From contig OZ076409.1 in NCBI GenBank assembly GCA_964187785.1, positions 69,566,001-69,630,000 on the forward strand: 64,000 nt of DNA, read 5' to 3'. The notes beneath the pieces were generated by a model. It did no database searches. It had not been told where the DNA came from and saw only the letters and a list, made by a program, of their open reading frames with translations. Positions 1-10,329 of this stretch are shown in pieces. Origin of the DNA: Amphiscolops sp. MND2022 (lineage: Eukaryota). The translations under genes were made by a program, and so were the position numbers. How positions within the stretch are numbered: position 1 is the stretch's first letter; every line of letters starts with the position of its first letter.

Positions 1-640
1 AAGAGGACATGGAGGTAATTTAAGATTCCCAAAATTTTATTTTAACTGGTAACTCTAAAACTAACTTGAGATAAACTGTGACTAAAAGTGAAAAGATATG
101 TCTACTCTATACAAGTCTCAATTGAAAATGAAAATAGGGAAATAGTTTAGCCAAAATGATTTTTACGCATTTCCGGTAAGACGCTTCAGCCACGTCAAAT
201 TAGTAACATTCGCCACCTGAAAACTAAATTAAGACACGTTTTAAAACAAAGAAAGCATAAGCCAATCTAAATGAAAACATATCCAAAATCATCTCCAAAA
301 GGAACATCAATCAGATCTAAAATAGAAAATACATTGAGATGGCACGCCGAAGAAACTAAGCTTTCCTGAGAAAGGCAGTTTTATTACTCTTTTAACAGCA
401 GTTAGTGTAGTTTAGGACGTCAATTTTGCGTTGTGCAAACAAAGCGGCGGAGGAAATAAGAATACATGTCGCTAGTAAGACGCAGACAAGTTTGGAGGTA
501 TACCAATTGACGTCACTGCCTCGCCTATACGTACTAGAAAATCATACCGATTATCCGCCTATATTAATAACCTTGCTAGAAATCATTCCAATTTACCGCC
601 GATATGACGTCACAAACTTGGCAGCTAGTGAGAATATACT

Positions 641-812
641 CTAAAATCTTGGTCAATACTACGTCAACGCTACGCCAGCTAGCTAGTACCTGTTCTAAAA
701 TCTTGGTCAATACTACGTCAACGCTACGCCAGCTAGCTAGTACATGTTCTAAAATCTTGGTCAATACTACGTCAACACCACGTCAGTTAGACAGAATTTT
801 ATCTAAAATCTT
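641..812 (+). repeat. 54-bp tandem repeat in the LTR (3 units plus a partial)
   Basis: CTAAAATCTTG recurs at 641, 695, 749 and 803. Confidence 0.95.
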
Positions 813-1802
813 GAAATAACATGTCACGAACTAACCAGGATAACCGTTTTAGCTCATCCGAAACGTTAAAAAGTATAAAGTTTAATAACTTCAACAAAGA
901 AGTGCCAATTAAAATATACTTAGCAAATAAGATGAAGACAAAAGATTTTGAGTTGTGATTTACTGTCGTTGTCGGAACGTCGACTAAAATGTTGTTCACC
1001 TAAAACTACAATAAAAAACGATTTTTAAGTGTGTTCCCTGGTATTCTTTAGACATAAGAGTCACAGTTTATATTCATTACTGGAGCGCATTGAGATTACT
1101 TTGTACAAGAAATGTATTTTTTTAATGGTTGCATCTTTATATCTAACTTGTTAAATTTACGTAAATTGGTTGTGTTTGTAATCACAATTCTAGCGTTAAT
1201 TTTCCGTTAAAACTGTAGTCACTAAACCTGTTTTGGGATTATTATTATACAATCATTATATGTGTTGGTGTGTTCACTAAAAGATATAATTTTGACGCAA
1301 TTGTCACGTCAGACTTGTACGGTGTCAGACTATTGATCTATACATATATGCTTGTGAATGTTAAACTTTGTGTTTAATTTGATATTCATCATCTCCAGTC
1401 TGTCGGAATATTCTCTTAGCTTCGCTCAAATATTCATAACTTGAAATTAGTCATCAAATTTGATCAAGTCGAAGTCCCAGATCAAGCATTAGTTGTTCAC
1501 GTCAGCGTCATCTCAGCGTCAATTTCCCGCGAACCAAAGCAGTAAAACAGGGAATCGTTTCCGGTTCGACAGACTGAAGTAATATCTACTTCCTGCTTGG
1601 GAGGAATTAAAAGGACGCCGGAATGAAATAATATGCTCGTGATAGATGACTAATAGAGGAAAACTATCGCTGTGTCTCGAAATTTGACGAAATGTCGACG
1701 TAAATTTGGGATCTTGATAATTTTTTCACTGAAAAAACAGGAAATGACTAATTGTTCGGAGGAATTTAGGAATATGTACGTGATCAATGGATGCTAGAAG
1801 GG

Positions 1803-1840
1803 TATATATATGATGTTTATTTTTGTTCAAGGGACTCAGT
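1803..1840 (+). promoter_or_regulatory. Putative LTR core promoter: TATA box plus initiator
   Basis: TATATATA at 1803-1810 and TCAGT at 1836-1840, about 30 bp apart. Both are conserved in the copies near 25785 and 28344. Confidence 0.6.
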
Positions 1841-1963
1841 CCTTTTCAAGCTATAAAACTCAGTTGTTCTCAACCTTTGCTTTAATCTTGTTCCAATCTC
1901 AACTTTATTGAAAACCAGAAAGATAAAATTGAATTCTTTGGAAATCAAACTTTCTTCATCAAC

Positions 1964-2998
1964 ATGTCAACAACAAGAAGCCAAAAGAAGAAAAACACTC
2001 AGCAAAATACTGAAGACATCGTAAGTGAAGGTTTCATTTCGCCAATAAATATAGAGAACTCGCGTTCTTCAATCAGGATATAGACGTAGCAGGTCCGTCA
2101 AGCCCGAAGTCCCCTAGGATAGACAAAAGCTCTTTGGAGAGTTTGAGAGCTTCCTTGAAGGAAGAAATTGCTTCCGATATCAAAACTTTCCTTCTAGAAT
2201 CTCAAAGAGAACAGTTGAAGCTTCTGAGATCTGAAACAGGAGGAAATGTAAGAAATAACACGGTAGATGAGTCGGAAAATGAAACAAGGAGTATCCACAT
2301 CCCAACGAAAACAGTACGAATCAACTCTACTCAAAATAACGACCCTGGCACAAATGTAAGTCGTAACATGGTGACAGGAGTCCTAACCGACTCCACCAAC
2401 CGCCCAAAAAGAACGAAATTAAGGTCCCAGAGTCAACCAGCGGCCAAAGAACGTCCACCGGTGGCCAGAACACTATTTAGAGCAGAAAAGATTGACTCCA
2501 CCACACTACCCATGCCAAAGGCCCTAACGGCATCACTCCCAACTTTCGATCGGAAATCTGACAAATTTGAATTCTTTGAAGACTTGTTCCGTAACAACAT
2601 AAAAATGTACCCGCACCTCACGGAATCCCAAAAAATCAACGACTGTCACTCGTTGCTAAGAGGAGACGCCCTCAAGCTGTTCGGCAACATTGAAGACTCC
2701 AAGAAGGACTCGTTAGACGAAATAATGACAATTTTTTAACGTCGATTTGGAGATTATCTGTCAATGGCAAAAGCCAGATGCGAGTGGGACTCACTCAAAG
2801 TTGATCCGGCAACACAAAAACTACATGAATTCCTGGACGTACTTCAAAAAACTGCGAAAGAAGCCTTCAGTTCGGAAGCTCAACAATTTATTGACAAAGC
2901 AATCTACGCGAAAATGCCAGACCATGTAAAGAAAATCCTCAACAGGGCGTATCTTGAGGACAAACCATACAATGATATAGTACTCCATTTGGAGCGGG
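1964..2998 (+). pseudogene. gag: Gypsy gag, 5' part (1-nt deletion near 2070, stop at 2737, interrupted by the BEL insertion)
   Basis: MSTTRSQK... starts at ATG 1964 and continues through LPTFD..FEFFEDLF and the LRGDA capsid-like motifs. The frame resumes after the TSD (LHLER|EMRLNGL). Confidence 0.8.
2369..2381 (+). promoter_or_regulatory. Primer-binding site, tRNA-Leu-like
   Basis: TGGTGACAGGAGT immediately after the LTR CA. Resembles the complement of a tRNA-Leu 3' end (TGGTGTCAGGAGT); isoacceptor unverified. Confidence 0.7.
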
Positions 2999-3949
2999 TG
3001 TTGGCGCCAGTCAATTGCGAGATCAGAAACTCAAACTCGAACGTGACTGATGAAACTTATAACTCAAAACACTTAGAAACTTTATCAAGATTTAAGTTGG
3101 AAAAATACAAGTCTTAGCAAAAATGACCCTATGTAAAAAAGGGCCACCCCCCCGTCCCGGTAAACCACTCATTCAATCACCTTGAAACTTGGCACACGTA
3201 TAGTAGTGGTGCTACGCTAACTTTTCACTCGAAACACCGAACCCCGTATCTTCTCTGGGTTCCGAGCAATTAACACCCAAAGTGACCTAGGTCGGACCCC
3301 ATGAATTACCCAATTTTGATGTATTAATTATTAGGTTATTTTCTCATATGACCTTGAAGGAAATGTAACTCTGATGAAATTAATGATATTTACATTATGT
3401 AAACATACTTTCTAACCCACCTAACCAACATGCCAAAACCACCACATTCTTTGTTTACTTAGTCAATAACTTCATTTTATGCTTTAAATGTCATTTATTT
3501 ACACAACATATTTCAACTGATATTTGCTTATATTTACTGTAGAATTGTAAACCATATGTATACCATTATTAGATAGAGATTTTCTCCACTGTATAGCTAT
3601 AGTCAAGTTGGGTCTTAGGACCAAGAGACTAATTAATCAACTTCTCAATCTTCACAACTTTTCGCTAGAGTCAGAGCGACTAAGTAGCTACTCTCATAGT
3701 CCGAGAGCGGAGCGCGTGAAGATACAGTGAGGGAAGTGTGTGCAGGATCACATCGGATCCAAATCAGTGCAAAGAGGAATCGCTGGAGATTCCTACGGGT
3801 CACATCGGACCCATCAGCTAAAAGATACAGTCCTTTAAAACACGAAAACCAGGAATTGTTTAGTGACGGTCCACAGCACTAAGCAACGGATCAGGGCGGC
3901 GTAAAGCTTGTCAAGCCTCAGCGCAGGATAAGGGCAAGCAGCCGTTACA
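2999..3949 (+). repeat. BEL 5' LTR (951 bp)
   Basis: TG...CA termini. The only difference I see from the 3' LTR is a C7 versus C9 run. Confidence 0.97.
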
Positions 3950-4074
3950 TTTGGTCCGCCGACCCGGACAACTCGTTGGTGGACGACCCGGACTAGAAGA
4001 AGACGACTCGTTGGTGGACAACTGGGAAGATTGCCCAAGAAGAACAAGTGTCTGGATCTTGGAGTTGCTGATTT

Positions 4075-4266
4075 TGTGTCTCTGGGAGATTGGGCTACTG
4101 TGTCTCTGGGAGATTGGGCTACTGTGTCTCTGGGAGATTGGGCTACTGTGTCTCTGGGAGATTGGGCAACTGTGTCTCTGGGAGATTGGGCTATTGTGTC
4201 TCTGGGAGATTGGGCTATTGTGTCTCTGGGAGATTGGGCTTTTGTGTCTCTGGGAGTTTGGGCTAT
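4075..4266 (+). repeat. 24-bp minisatellite, 8 copies, in the BEL 5' leader
   Basis: TGTGTCTCTGGGAGATTGGGCTAC repeated head to tail. Confidence 0.97.
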
Positions 4267-4305
4267 TGTGACTTTGGGAACTGAGTTCAACCAAGAGGAG
4301 AAGAG

Positions 4306-7300
4306 ATGGCAGAACCAAAACGGTTCGATATCAACAAAATCGAAAACTTTCTGAAGAACTCTGCTGACAAAGCCCAAACGTTGAGTTATTGGAATGCAGC
4401 TGTCGAACACGGTAAGACTGTTAAAGAAATTGATGAGAACCTAACTAGCAATGTTGACGACAAGCAGATAGCAGATTTACTGCTAAGACGAACAGATGCC
4501 ATAAACCGGAGGGATCGGCTCATTAAGGCAGTCGAAAATGCGATCAAAGTCAAGTATCAACCGCAGATACCCGAAATCTTCTCAACAGTGAACAAAGAAA
4601 TGCAGAGCCGATTGGCTGAGTTGCAGCAGCAAAGCTCTAGCGTTGGAAGGGTACAAATGCTGATGTCAGCATTGCAAGACGAAAATCAGATACTAAATTA
4701 CTTGGATCTTGACGAAAAGAAACGTGCTATTGATAGACTAATGGATAGCAACAAAAAGTTGCGGGAAGATTCAATCGCAAATGGCAAAATTGTCGACGAA
4801 AAAGATTATGCTGCAGCATGTCAAGAATTGCTGCAGAAACGGTCTGACATTAAAACGAAAATTGAAGATCTGCTGAAGACAGGAGAAGGAGGAGCCATTT
4901 TGCGAAGTCTTGAAGACGCTGAACAAAGACTAGCAGACGTTCGCGCAAGCGTAGCCGCAGACAAATCAAGTAAAAATGGCACTTCACCACAAAAGGAGCC
5001 GCAACCAGACGATGAGCAAAAGGAACATGATGGTCACAACGCGGAAGACAGCCAAGAGCCAAGAAATGGAGCTAGATCATTGCCAATAGAAGAATTGAGC
5101 ATACATTCGCGAAGTGAAAGAGCCAAAAGCAACAAGACGTCTGTGATTTCAAAAACATCAAGCGCAAGACGAGTTCTACACTTGGAACTAAAAGCTCTGA
5201 AGGAGCAAGAAGAACTGCAATCCCGCCTGGAGAAACTGGGAACAGAAACAAAACAAAAGGAAATGGAAATAGCAGACTTGCAAGGTGAGGTGGCCCGCAA
5301 GGCCAGAATTGCAGAAAAGGAAATAGAACTGGCAAAATTTTCAAGTAGGTGTGGCACCAGCTTGCGAAGTATTTCACCAGTCGAGTCACCAGACGACAAT
5401 CTGACGAAAGTCTCAGATTGGATGGACAAGACCGAAGAAGCTGAAAACGTGGCATTGCCGATTAACGTGCCATCTGTATACCAGCAAACGTCCGTCTCAG
5501 CACCAGTGATTACAGTACAAACAACGCATGGAGGACAACGCTCCGCGATAGCGAGGGACTTGAAACCCTTAGTGAAACCGACCATATCCACAGAAGCCGC
5601 TGTGCGAGATATTGGAAAGGACAGAACAAAGACTGTCATAGATGTTGGCAGTCAAAGAGCAACAGCACAACCAGAAGTGAAATTCGCCACATCGAAGCCG
5701 CCAATGACCCTTATGGCAGGCCAAAGCTGGGTACCACCTACGAATGGAGGCAACCCGAGTAGTGCGTTTCAAGTACCACAGCTTGCGAACACGCAGAAGC
5801 AGTATATGCCAAGTCAAGGGCCGAACATAGTGTCAACTACGAGAGATGACTATTTCATCAGATCTAGTTTGCCAAAATTGAAGTTGGCAGACTTCTCAGG
5901 TGACCCATTGGAGTGGCCAGAGTGGTCACAACTATTCCAAGCAACCGTCCATGCAGCGAACATAGACGACAGTGTAAAAATGAACCACCTGAAAACAATG
6001 GTCACGGGCAAAGCGAAAGAGGCTATTGCTGGTCTTGGGTACACCGCGGAGATGTACAATGTGGCGTGGAACGTTCTAGTTCGAAACTTTGGAAAACCTC
6101 AAATGGTTGTGAATGCTCAACTAAAGAGAATTTACTCCTTTCCACAGATGAAACCTTATGATGGAGCCGCATTGATCAAGTTTGCGAGAATAGTGTCGAG
6201 TTGCGTGAATGTTTTGACACAATTCAACTACGTGGGAGACCTAAACTCAGAAGGAGTTCTGGGCAGCGCCACAAGGAAGTTAACACTGGACATGAAAACG
6301 AAGTGGCTCACTCATGTGAAGCAAATGAACCTGTATCAACCTGGACTCGCTGTGTTCAGTGAATGGCTCAATGATATAGCAGATGTTCAAGACGAATTGC
6401 TTTTGTCTTCAAACCCGAATGCTGATCGCGCGAAGTCGAACTACAAGGAAAAAGCCAAAGGCTCCACGTTTGCCACATCAACAACAAACACAGCCAGTGA
6501 GAACTCGAAATACCAGCGAGAGTGTGCGCTGAAAGATGGCAAACATCCAATATGGAAATGTGAGAAGTTCAAGAAGATGAACGTCGAAGAAAGAGGACAA
6601 AAGGCGAAAGAGTTGAAATTGTGCTTCAAATGTTTGTCAGACGCACATCAGATGAGAAATTGCTCTGGTAGACTATGTGACGTGAATGGTTGCGGAAAAC
6701 CCCATCACAGATTGCTACACAGACCATACGTGGTACAAAAGAAAAATGTTGAAAATGTCGATGAGGTCTCAAACCTGTCCTCAATGAGAAGCAGTGGAGT
6801 GCTTCCAGTCATTCCAGTTTCGATAGGGAGTGGGAGCAAAACTGTGAAAACGTTCGCTTTGTGCGACTCTGGAGCAAGCCTGTCCTTTGTGGACGAGAGC
6901 CTGATGAAAGCGCTAAATCTGATGGGACAGCCAGTGGATTTGAATGTTGCAGGGATTCATGGTGCGTCAGATATTAGTAGCAAACGACTAAGGGTAAGGA
7001 TTGGCGATCAACAAGGAAAAGTCAAAGAAGATATCATGGCCTATAGTCATCCCGACGTAAATGCAGGAAATCGAACGTACAACCTCAAGAAATTGAAGGA
7101 AGAATATCCACACCTGTCAGTGCTGAAAGATTCTACCATCAACCTGAAAGATGTAAAAGTCATCTTGGGACAAGATTGTTACCACTTGCATAGAGCCATT
7201 GGGTATAGAAAATGTGGAAAGTCAAAACCTTGGGCCGTTTTGACGAAGTTGGGATGGATGCTCAGTGGACCCTTGCCTCAACAAGAAACTGCGAAGTTCG

Positions 7301-8658
7301 CCACTGAAAGTTTGGTTTTTGCAGATGTGGATCCATTGGTGGATCAGATGAAAACTCGGTCGAGGATGGAATTGTATACTTCCCACTGCAGCGTATCCGA
7401 AATGTCCAAGGAAAATACGGAGAACTCACCAGACATTTTCGTTGTAGAAAGAAACTGGCAAGAAGTCAGTACTAAACCCCTCCTCTTGGAAATCAAGCAA
7501 ACTTGGAAAGACGAAATGCACCTAGCTGTGAGTGACCATATGACAGTCGAACAAGACAAAAACATGGGTTTCTCAACTGTAGAAGAAAAGAACGAACATG
7601 AAAGTTTTGCAATTAAATCAAACCTCCGAACCTTGGAAGAATTTACTGTGATGCTTGAATTGGTGAAACAGAATACAGCTGTCGCCTCTGTACGACAGCA
7701 TGTCGAAGAAAAGCAACAAACTCAAATGCAAGCCGTGAAGTTCGCTGCCAAGACTTTAACACTTGAAGAGGGAAAAAAGTGTTCTCAATTGAACAAAGTG
7801 GTTGAAGTCGTAAAAGAGTGTCAACTTGAACTTCATGAAGTTCCACGAGGCAAAGCGATATATCGAAGACCCTTTGGTGGTTTGTTGGAACAAAACAAAC
7901 CGGCTGAAGAGAACGCAAGTAATGAAACAAAATCCGTAAAGGTGTTATTTGGTAGAAAACATGACGTTGGCTTGAATGAAAAACTGCTGGACAAAATTAT
8001 TCCAAACGACAGTGAAAATTGTAACAACTGGTTAGGTAATGGAAATTCGGGAATGGATGCAGTGGCACAAGCTAACCCTAACGTGTACACTCAACTGAGC
8101 ACTGGCCACAGCAAGCAATTCGAGAAACGAGCTTGGAAGTTTGAACCTATCTCAATTCGATTTCATGGAAGGAACGAAAGCGCTCAGTTGAATACAACTG
8201 GCATCCTACATGCAAATATGAAGGCAGATGATTTTACAAGCGAAATATCCCTGATAGAGACGCGAATGGGTTCTTCAAAAGCCCGAACAGCAACAAGTTG
8301 TAAAATTGAGCCTTGCATAGGGCCGGCCGCATCGTGGGAAGTGATGATGCGACAAGAATCTTTTGGAAAATGGATTGAAGAAGAATTTAGACAACTTGAA
8401 GTCAATGATTTGGTTTGGATAGTGGACGAGAATGTAAAAAGAGCACACTACAAGATGGGTAGAGTGTTGGACGTCTATCATGGAAGCGATGGGCGAGTGA
8501 GATCAGCGCTGGTGAAAACTGAAGATGGAAAACTGAAACGACCAGCAGTGAAACTGGCACCCATGTTCTACGAAAGTGTTTTTCAGGAGAAAAACAGGGC
8601 CGGCAATGTTGGCGCCAGTCAATTGCGAGATCAGAAACTCAAACTCGAACGTGACTGA
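4306..8658 (+). CDS. BEL/Pao gag-protease polyprotein with C-terminal DUF5641-like domain; lacks RT, RNase H and integrase core
   Basis: Intact 1450-aa ORF. Motifs: LPKLKLADFSGDPLEW (DUF1759-type gag), three Cys/His knuckles, ALCDSGAS protease, PWAVLTKLGWMLSGP, and GRVLDVYHGSDGRVRSALVKT. No YxDD is present. Confidence 0.92.
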   Translation: MAEPKRFDINKIENFLKNSADKAQTLSYWNAAVEHGKTVKEIDENLTSNVDDKQIADLLLRRTDAINRRDRLIKAVENAIKVKYQPQIPEIFSTVNKEMQSRLAELQQQSSSVGRVQMLMSALQDENQILNYLDLDEKKRAIDRLMDSNKKLREDSIANGKIVDEKDYAAACQELLQKRSDIKTKIEDLLKTGEGGAILRSLEDAEQRLADVRASVAADKSSKNGTSPQKEPQPDDEQKEHDGHNAEDSQEPRNGARSLPIEELSIHSRSERAKSNKTSVISKTSSARRVLHLELKALKEQEELQSRLEKLGTETKQKEMEIADLQGEVARKARIAEKEIELAKFSSRCGTSLRSISPVESPDDNLTKVSDWMDKTEEAENVALPINVPSVYQQTSVSAPVITVQTTHGGQRSAIARDLKPLVKPTISTEAAVRDIGKDRTKTVIDVGSQRATAQPEVKFATSKPPMTLMAGQSWVPPTNGGNPSSAFQVPQLANTQKQYMPSQGPNIVSTTRDDYFIRSSLPKLKLADFSGDPLEWPEWSQLFQATVHAANIDDSVKMNHLKTMVTGKAKEAIAGLGYTAEMYNVAWNVLVRNFGKPQMVVNAQLKRIYSFPQMKPYDGAALIKFARIVSSCVNVLTQFNYVGDLNSEGVLGSATRKLTLDMKTKWLTHVKQMNLYQPGLAVFSEWLNDIADVQDELLLSSNPNADRAKSNYKEKAKGSTFATSTTNTASENSKYQRECALKDGKHPIWKCEKFKKMNVEERGQKAKELKLCFKCLSDAHQMRNCSGRLCDVNGCGKPHHRLLHRPYVVQKKNVENVDEVSNLSSMRSSGVLPVIPVSIGSGSKTVKTFALCDSGASLSFVDESLMKALNLMGQPVDLNVAGIHGASDISSKRLRVRIGDQQGKVKEDIMAYSHPDVNAGNRTYNLKKLKEEYPHLSVLKDSTINLKDVKVILGQDCYHLHRAIGYRKCGKSKPWAVLTKLGWMLSGPLPQQETAKFATESLVFADVDPLVDQMKTRSRMELYTSHCSVSEMSKENTENSPDIFVVERNWQEVSTKPLLLEIKQTWKDEMHLAVSDHMTVEQDKNMGFSTVEEKNEHESFAIKSNLRTLEEFTVMLELVKQNTAVASVRQHVEEKQQTQMQAVKFAAKTLTLEEGKKCSQLNKVVEVVKECQLELHEVPRGKAIYRRPFGGLLEQNKPAEENASNETKSVKVLFGRKHDVGLNEKLLDKIIPNDSENCNNWLGNGNSGMDAVAQANPNVYTQLSTGHSKQFEKRAWKFEPISIRFHGRNESAQLNTTGILHANMKADDFTSEISLIETRMGSSKARTATSCKIEPCIGPAASWEVMMRQESFGKWIEEEFRQLEVNDLVWIVDENVKRAHYKMGRVLDVYHGSDGRVRSALVKTEDGKLKRPAVKLAPMFYESVFQEKNRAGNVGASQLRDQKLKLERD

Positions 8659-9559
8659 TGAAACTTATAACTCAAAACACTTAGAAACTTTATCAAGATT
8701 TAAGTTGGAAAAATACAAGTCTTAGCAAAAATGACCCTATGTAAAAAAGGGCCACCCCCCCCCGTCCCGGTAAACCACTCATTCAATCACCTTGAAACTT
8801 GGCACACGTATAGTAGTGGTGCTACGCTAACTTTTCACTCGAAACACCGAACCCCGTATCTTCTCTGGGTTCCGAGCAATTAACACCCAAAGTGACCTAG
8901 GTCGGACCCCATGAATTACCCAATTTTGATGTATTAATTATTAGGTTATTTTCTCATATGACCTTGAAGGAAATGTAACTCTGATGAAATTAATGATATT
9001 TACATTATGTAAACATACTTTCTAACCCACCTAACCAACATGCCAAAACCACCACATTCTTTGTTTACTTAGTCAATAACTTCATTTTATGCTTTAAATG
9101 TCATTTATTTACACAACATATTTCAACTGATATTTGCTTATATTTACTGTAGAATTGTAAACCATATGTATACCATTATTAGATAGAGATTTTCTCCACT
9201 GTATAGCTATAGTCAAGTTGGGTCTTAGGACCAAGAGACTAATTAATCAACTTCTCAATCTTCACAACTTTTCGCTAGAGTCAGAGCGACTAAGTAGCTA
9301 CTCTCATAGTCCGAGAGCGGAGCGCGTGAAGATACAGTGAGGGAAGTGTGTGCAGGATCACATCGGATCCAAATCAGTGCAAAGAGGAATCGCTGGAGAT
9401 TCCTACGGGTCACATCGGACCCATCAGCTAAAAGATACAGTCCTTTAAAACACGAAAACCAGGAATTGTTTAGTGACGGTCCACAGCACTAAGCAACGGA
9501 TCAGGGCGGCGTAAAGCTTGTCAAGCCTCAGCGCAGGATAAGGGCAAGCAGCCGTTACA
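8607..9559 (+). repeat. BEL 3' LTR (953 bp)
   Basis: Near-identical to 2999-3949 and followed by the TSD. Confidence 0.97.
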
Positions 9560-9564
9560 GCGGG

Positions 9565-9917
9565 AAATGCGACTCAACGGCCTTGGAGCGCCAGATGAAG
9601 TGACTCTGGTACCACTCAATAAAATAGAACCAGCTCAAACAAAACAAGAGACAAAACAATTCGAGAACACAACACAGAACACCAAAAAAAGATACTGCTT
9701 CTAATGCAATAAATTTGACCACTTCAAAGCAGAATGTCGAAAACTGAGAAGGGATAAATGGCAACAGACATGGAAGAACAACGGCCAAACTAAAAACAAC
9801 GCAGGCACCACACTTAAATGTGATCCGAGACTCAAACGACACTTCCAAAGAGAAAAGAACATGAAAACTTCCACCCAACAATCGACAATCAGTTTCGGAA
9901 ACGAATCAAAAAATTAG
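9565..9917 (+). pseudogene. gag: Gypsy gag, 3' part with a degenerate CCHC knuckle
   Basis: EMRLNGLGAPDEV... and YCF*CNKFDHFKAEC; ends ESKN*. Confidence 0.75.
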
Positions 9918-9963
9918 TTACGCCGCGCCTGCGTTTTTGGGAAATCGTAGACGCGAGGGCGTA
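9908..9963 (+). promoter_or_regulatory. Putative -1 ribosomal frameshift signal between gag and pol
   Basis: A-AAA-AAT in the apparent gag phase just before TAG, followed by a stem-loop (TACGCC/GGCGTA; GCGCCTGCG/CGTAGACGC). Confidence 0.6.
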
Positions 9964-10329
9964 TTCACCAAAAGATCCCCCTACTACAGATGACTCAACA
10001 ATAGAGTGCGTCGGCACTCCAACAGAGGACTGGTTGAGACAACAAGCACTCGCCTCAATAAGAAGAGCAGTTCCACAACCAGAAAGGGAGGAAACCTACA
10101 CTCAAGACAAGACTACAGAGATGACCATACACGTAATGCAAACCCCATCGTACAACTTCCTTGCCCCACTAAAGAACAAACAGCTACAACCCAAATAGAC
10201 CAAAATGGAAATGTCACCGACGACCACCCACCGCTACAACGAACGAAGAAGATACCCACGGCCCCACAAGGTCATCTATCTTACACGACGATTTCCCCAC
10301 CTCACTTAATTCGATCAAAGAGTATATAA

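Larger units (their letters stand above)
1..2368 (+). repeat. 5' LTR of the Gypsy element (partial; starts before the window)
   Basis: Colinear with 23951-26352, by eye roughly mid-90s % identical. Ends in CA directly before TGG of the PBS. Confidence 0.88.
2999..9559 (+). mobile_element. Young non-autonomous BEL/Pao LTR retrotransposon
   Basis: LTRs TGTT...TTACA at 2999-3949 and 8607-9559. TSD GCGGG at 2994-2998 and 9560-9564. PBS TGGTCCGCCGACCCGGA at ~3952. PPT-like tract at 8585-8606. Confidence 0.97.

Noticed and set aside
426..999. Short LTR ORFs (and their copies at 24376-25003)
   Set aside because: Arise from the 54-bp repeat or non-ATG starts; no coding signature.
4075..4266. CRISPR-like array
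   Set aside because: Units are head to tail with no spacers; retroelement context; no cas genes.
3835..4410. Repetitive ORFs on the minus strand and in other frames
   Set aside because: By-products of a stop-free 24-bp repeat.
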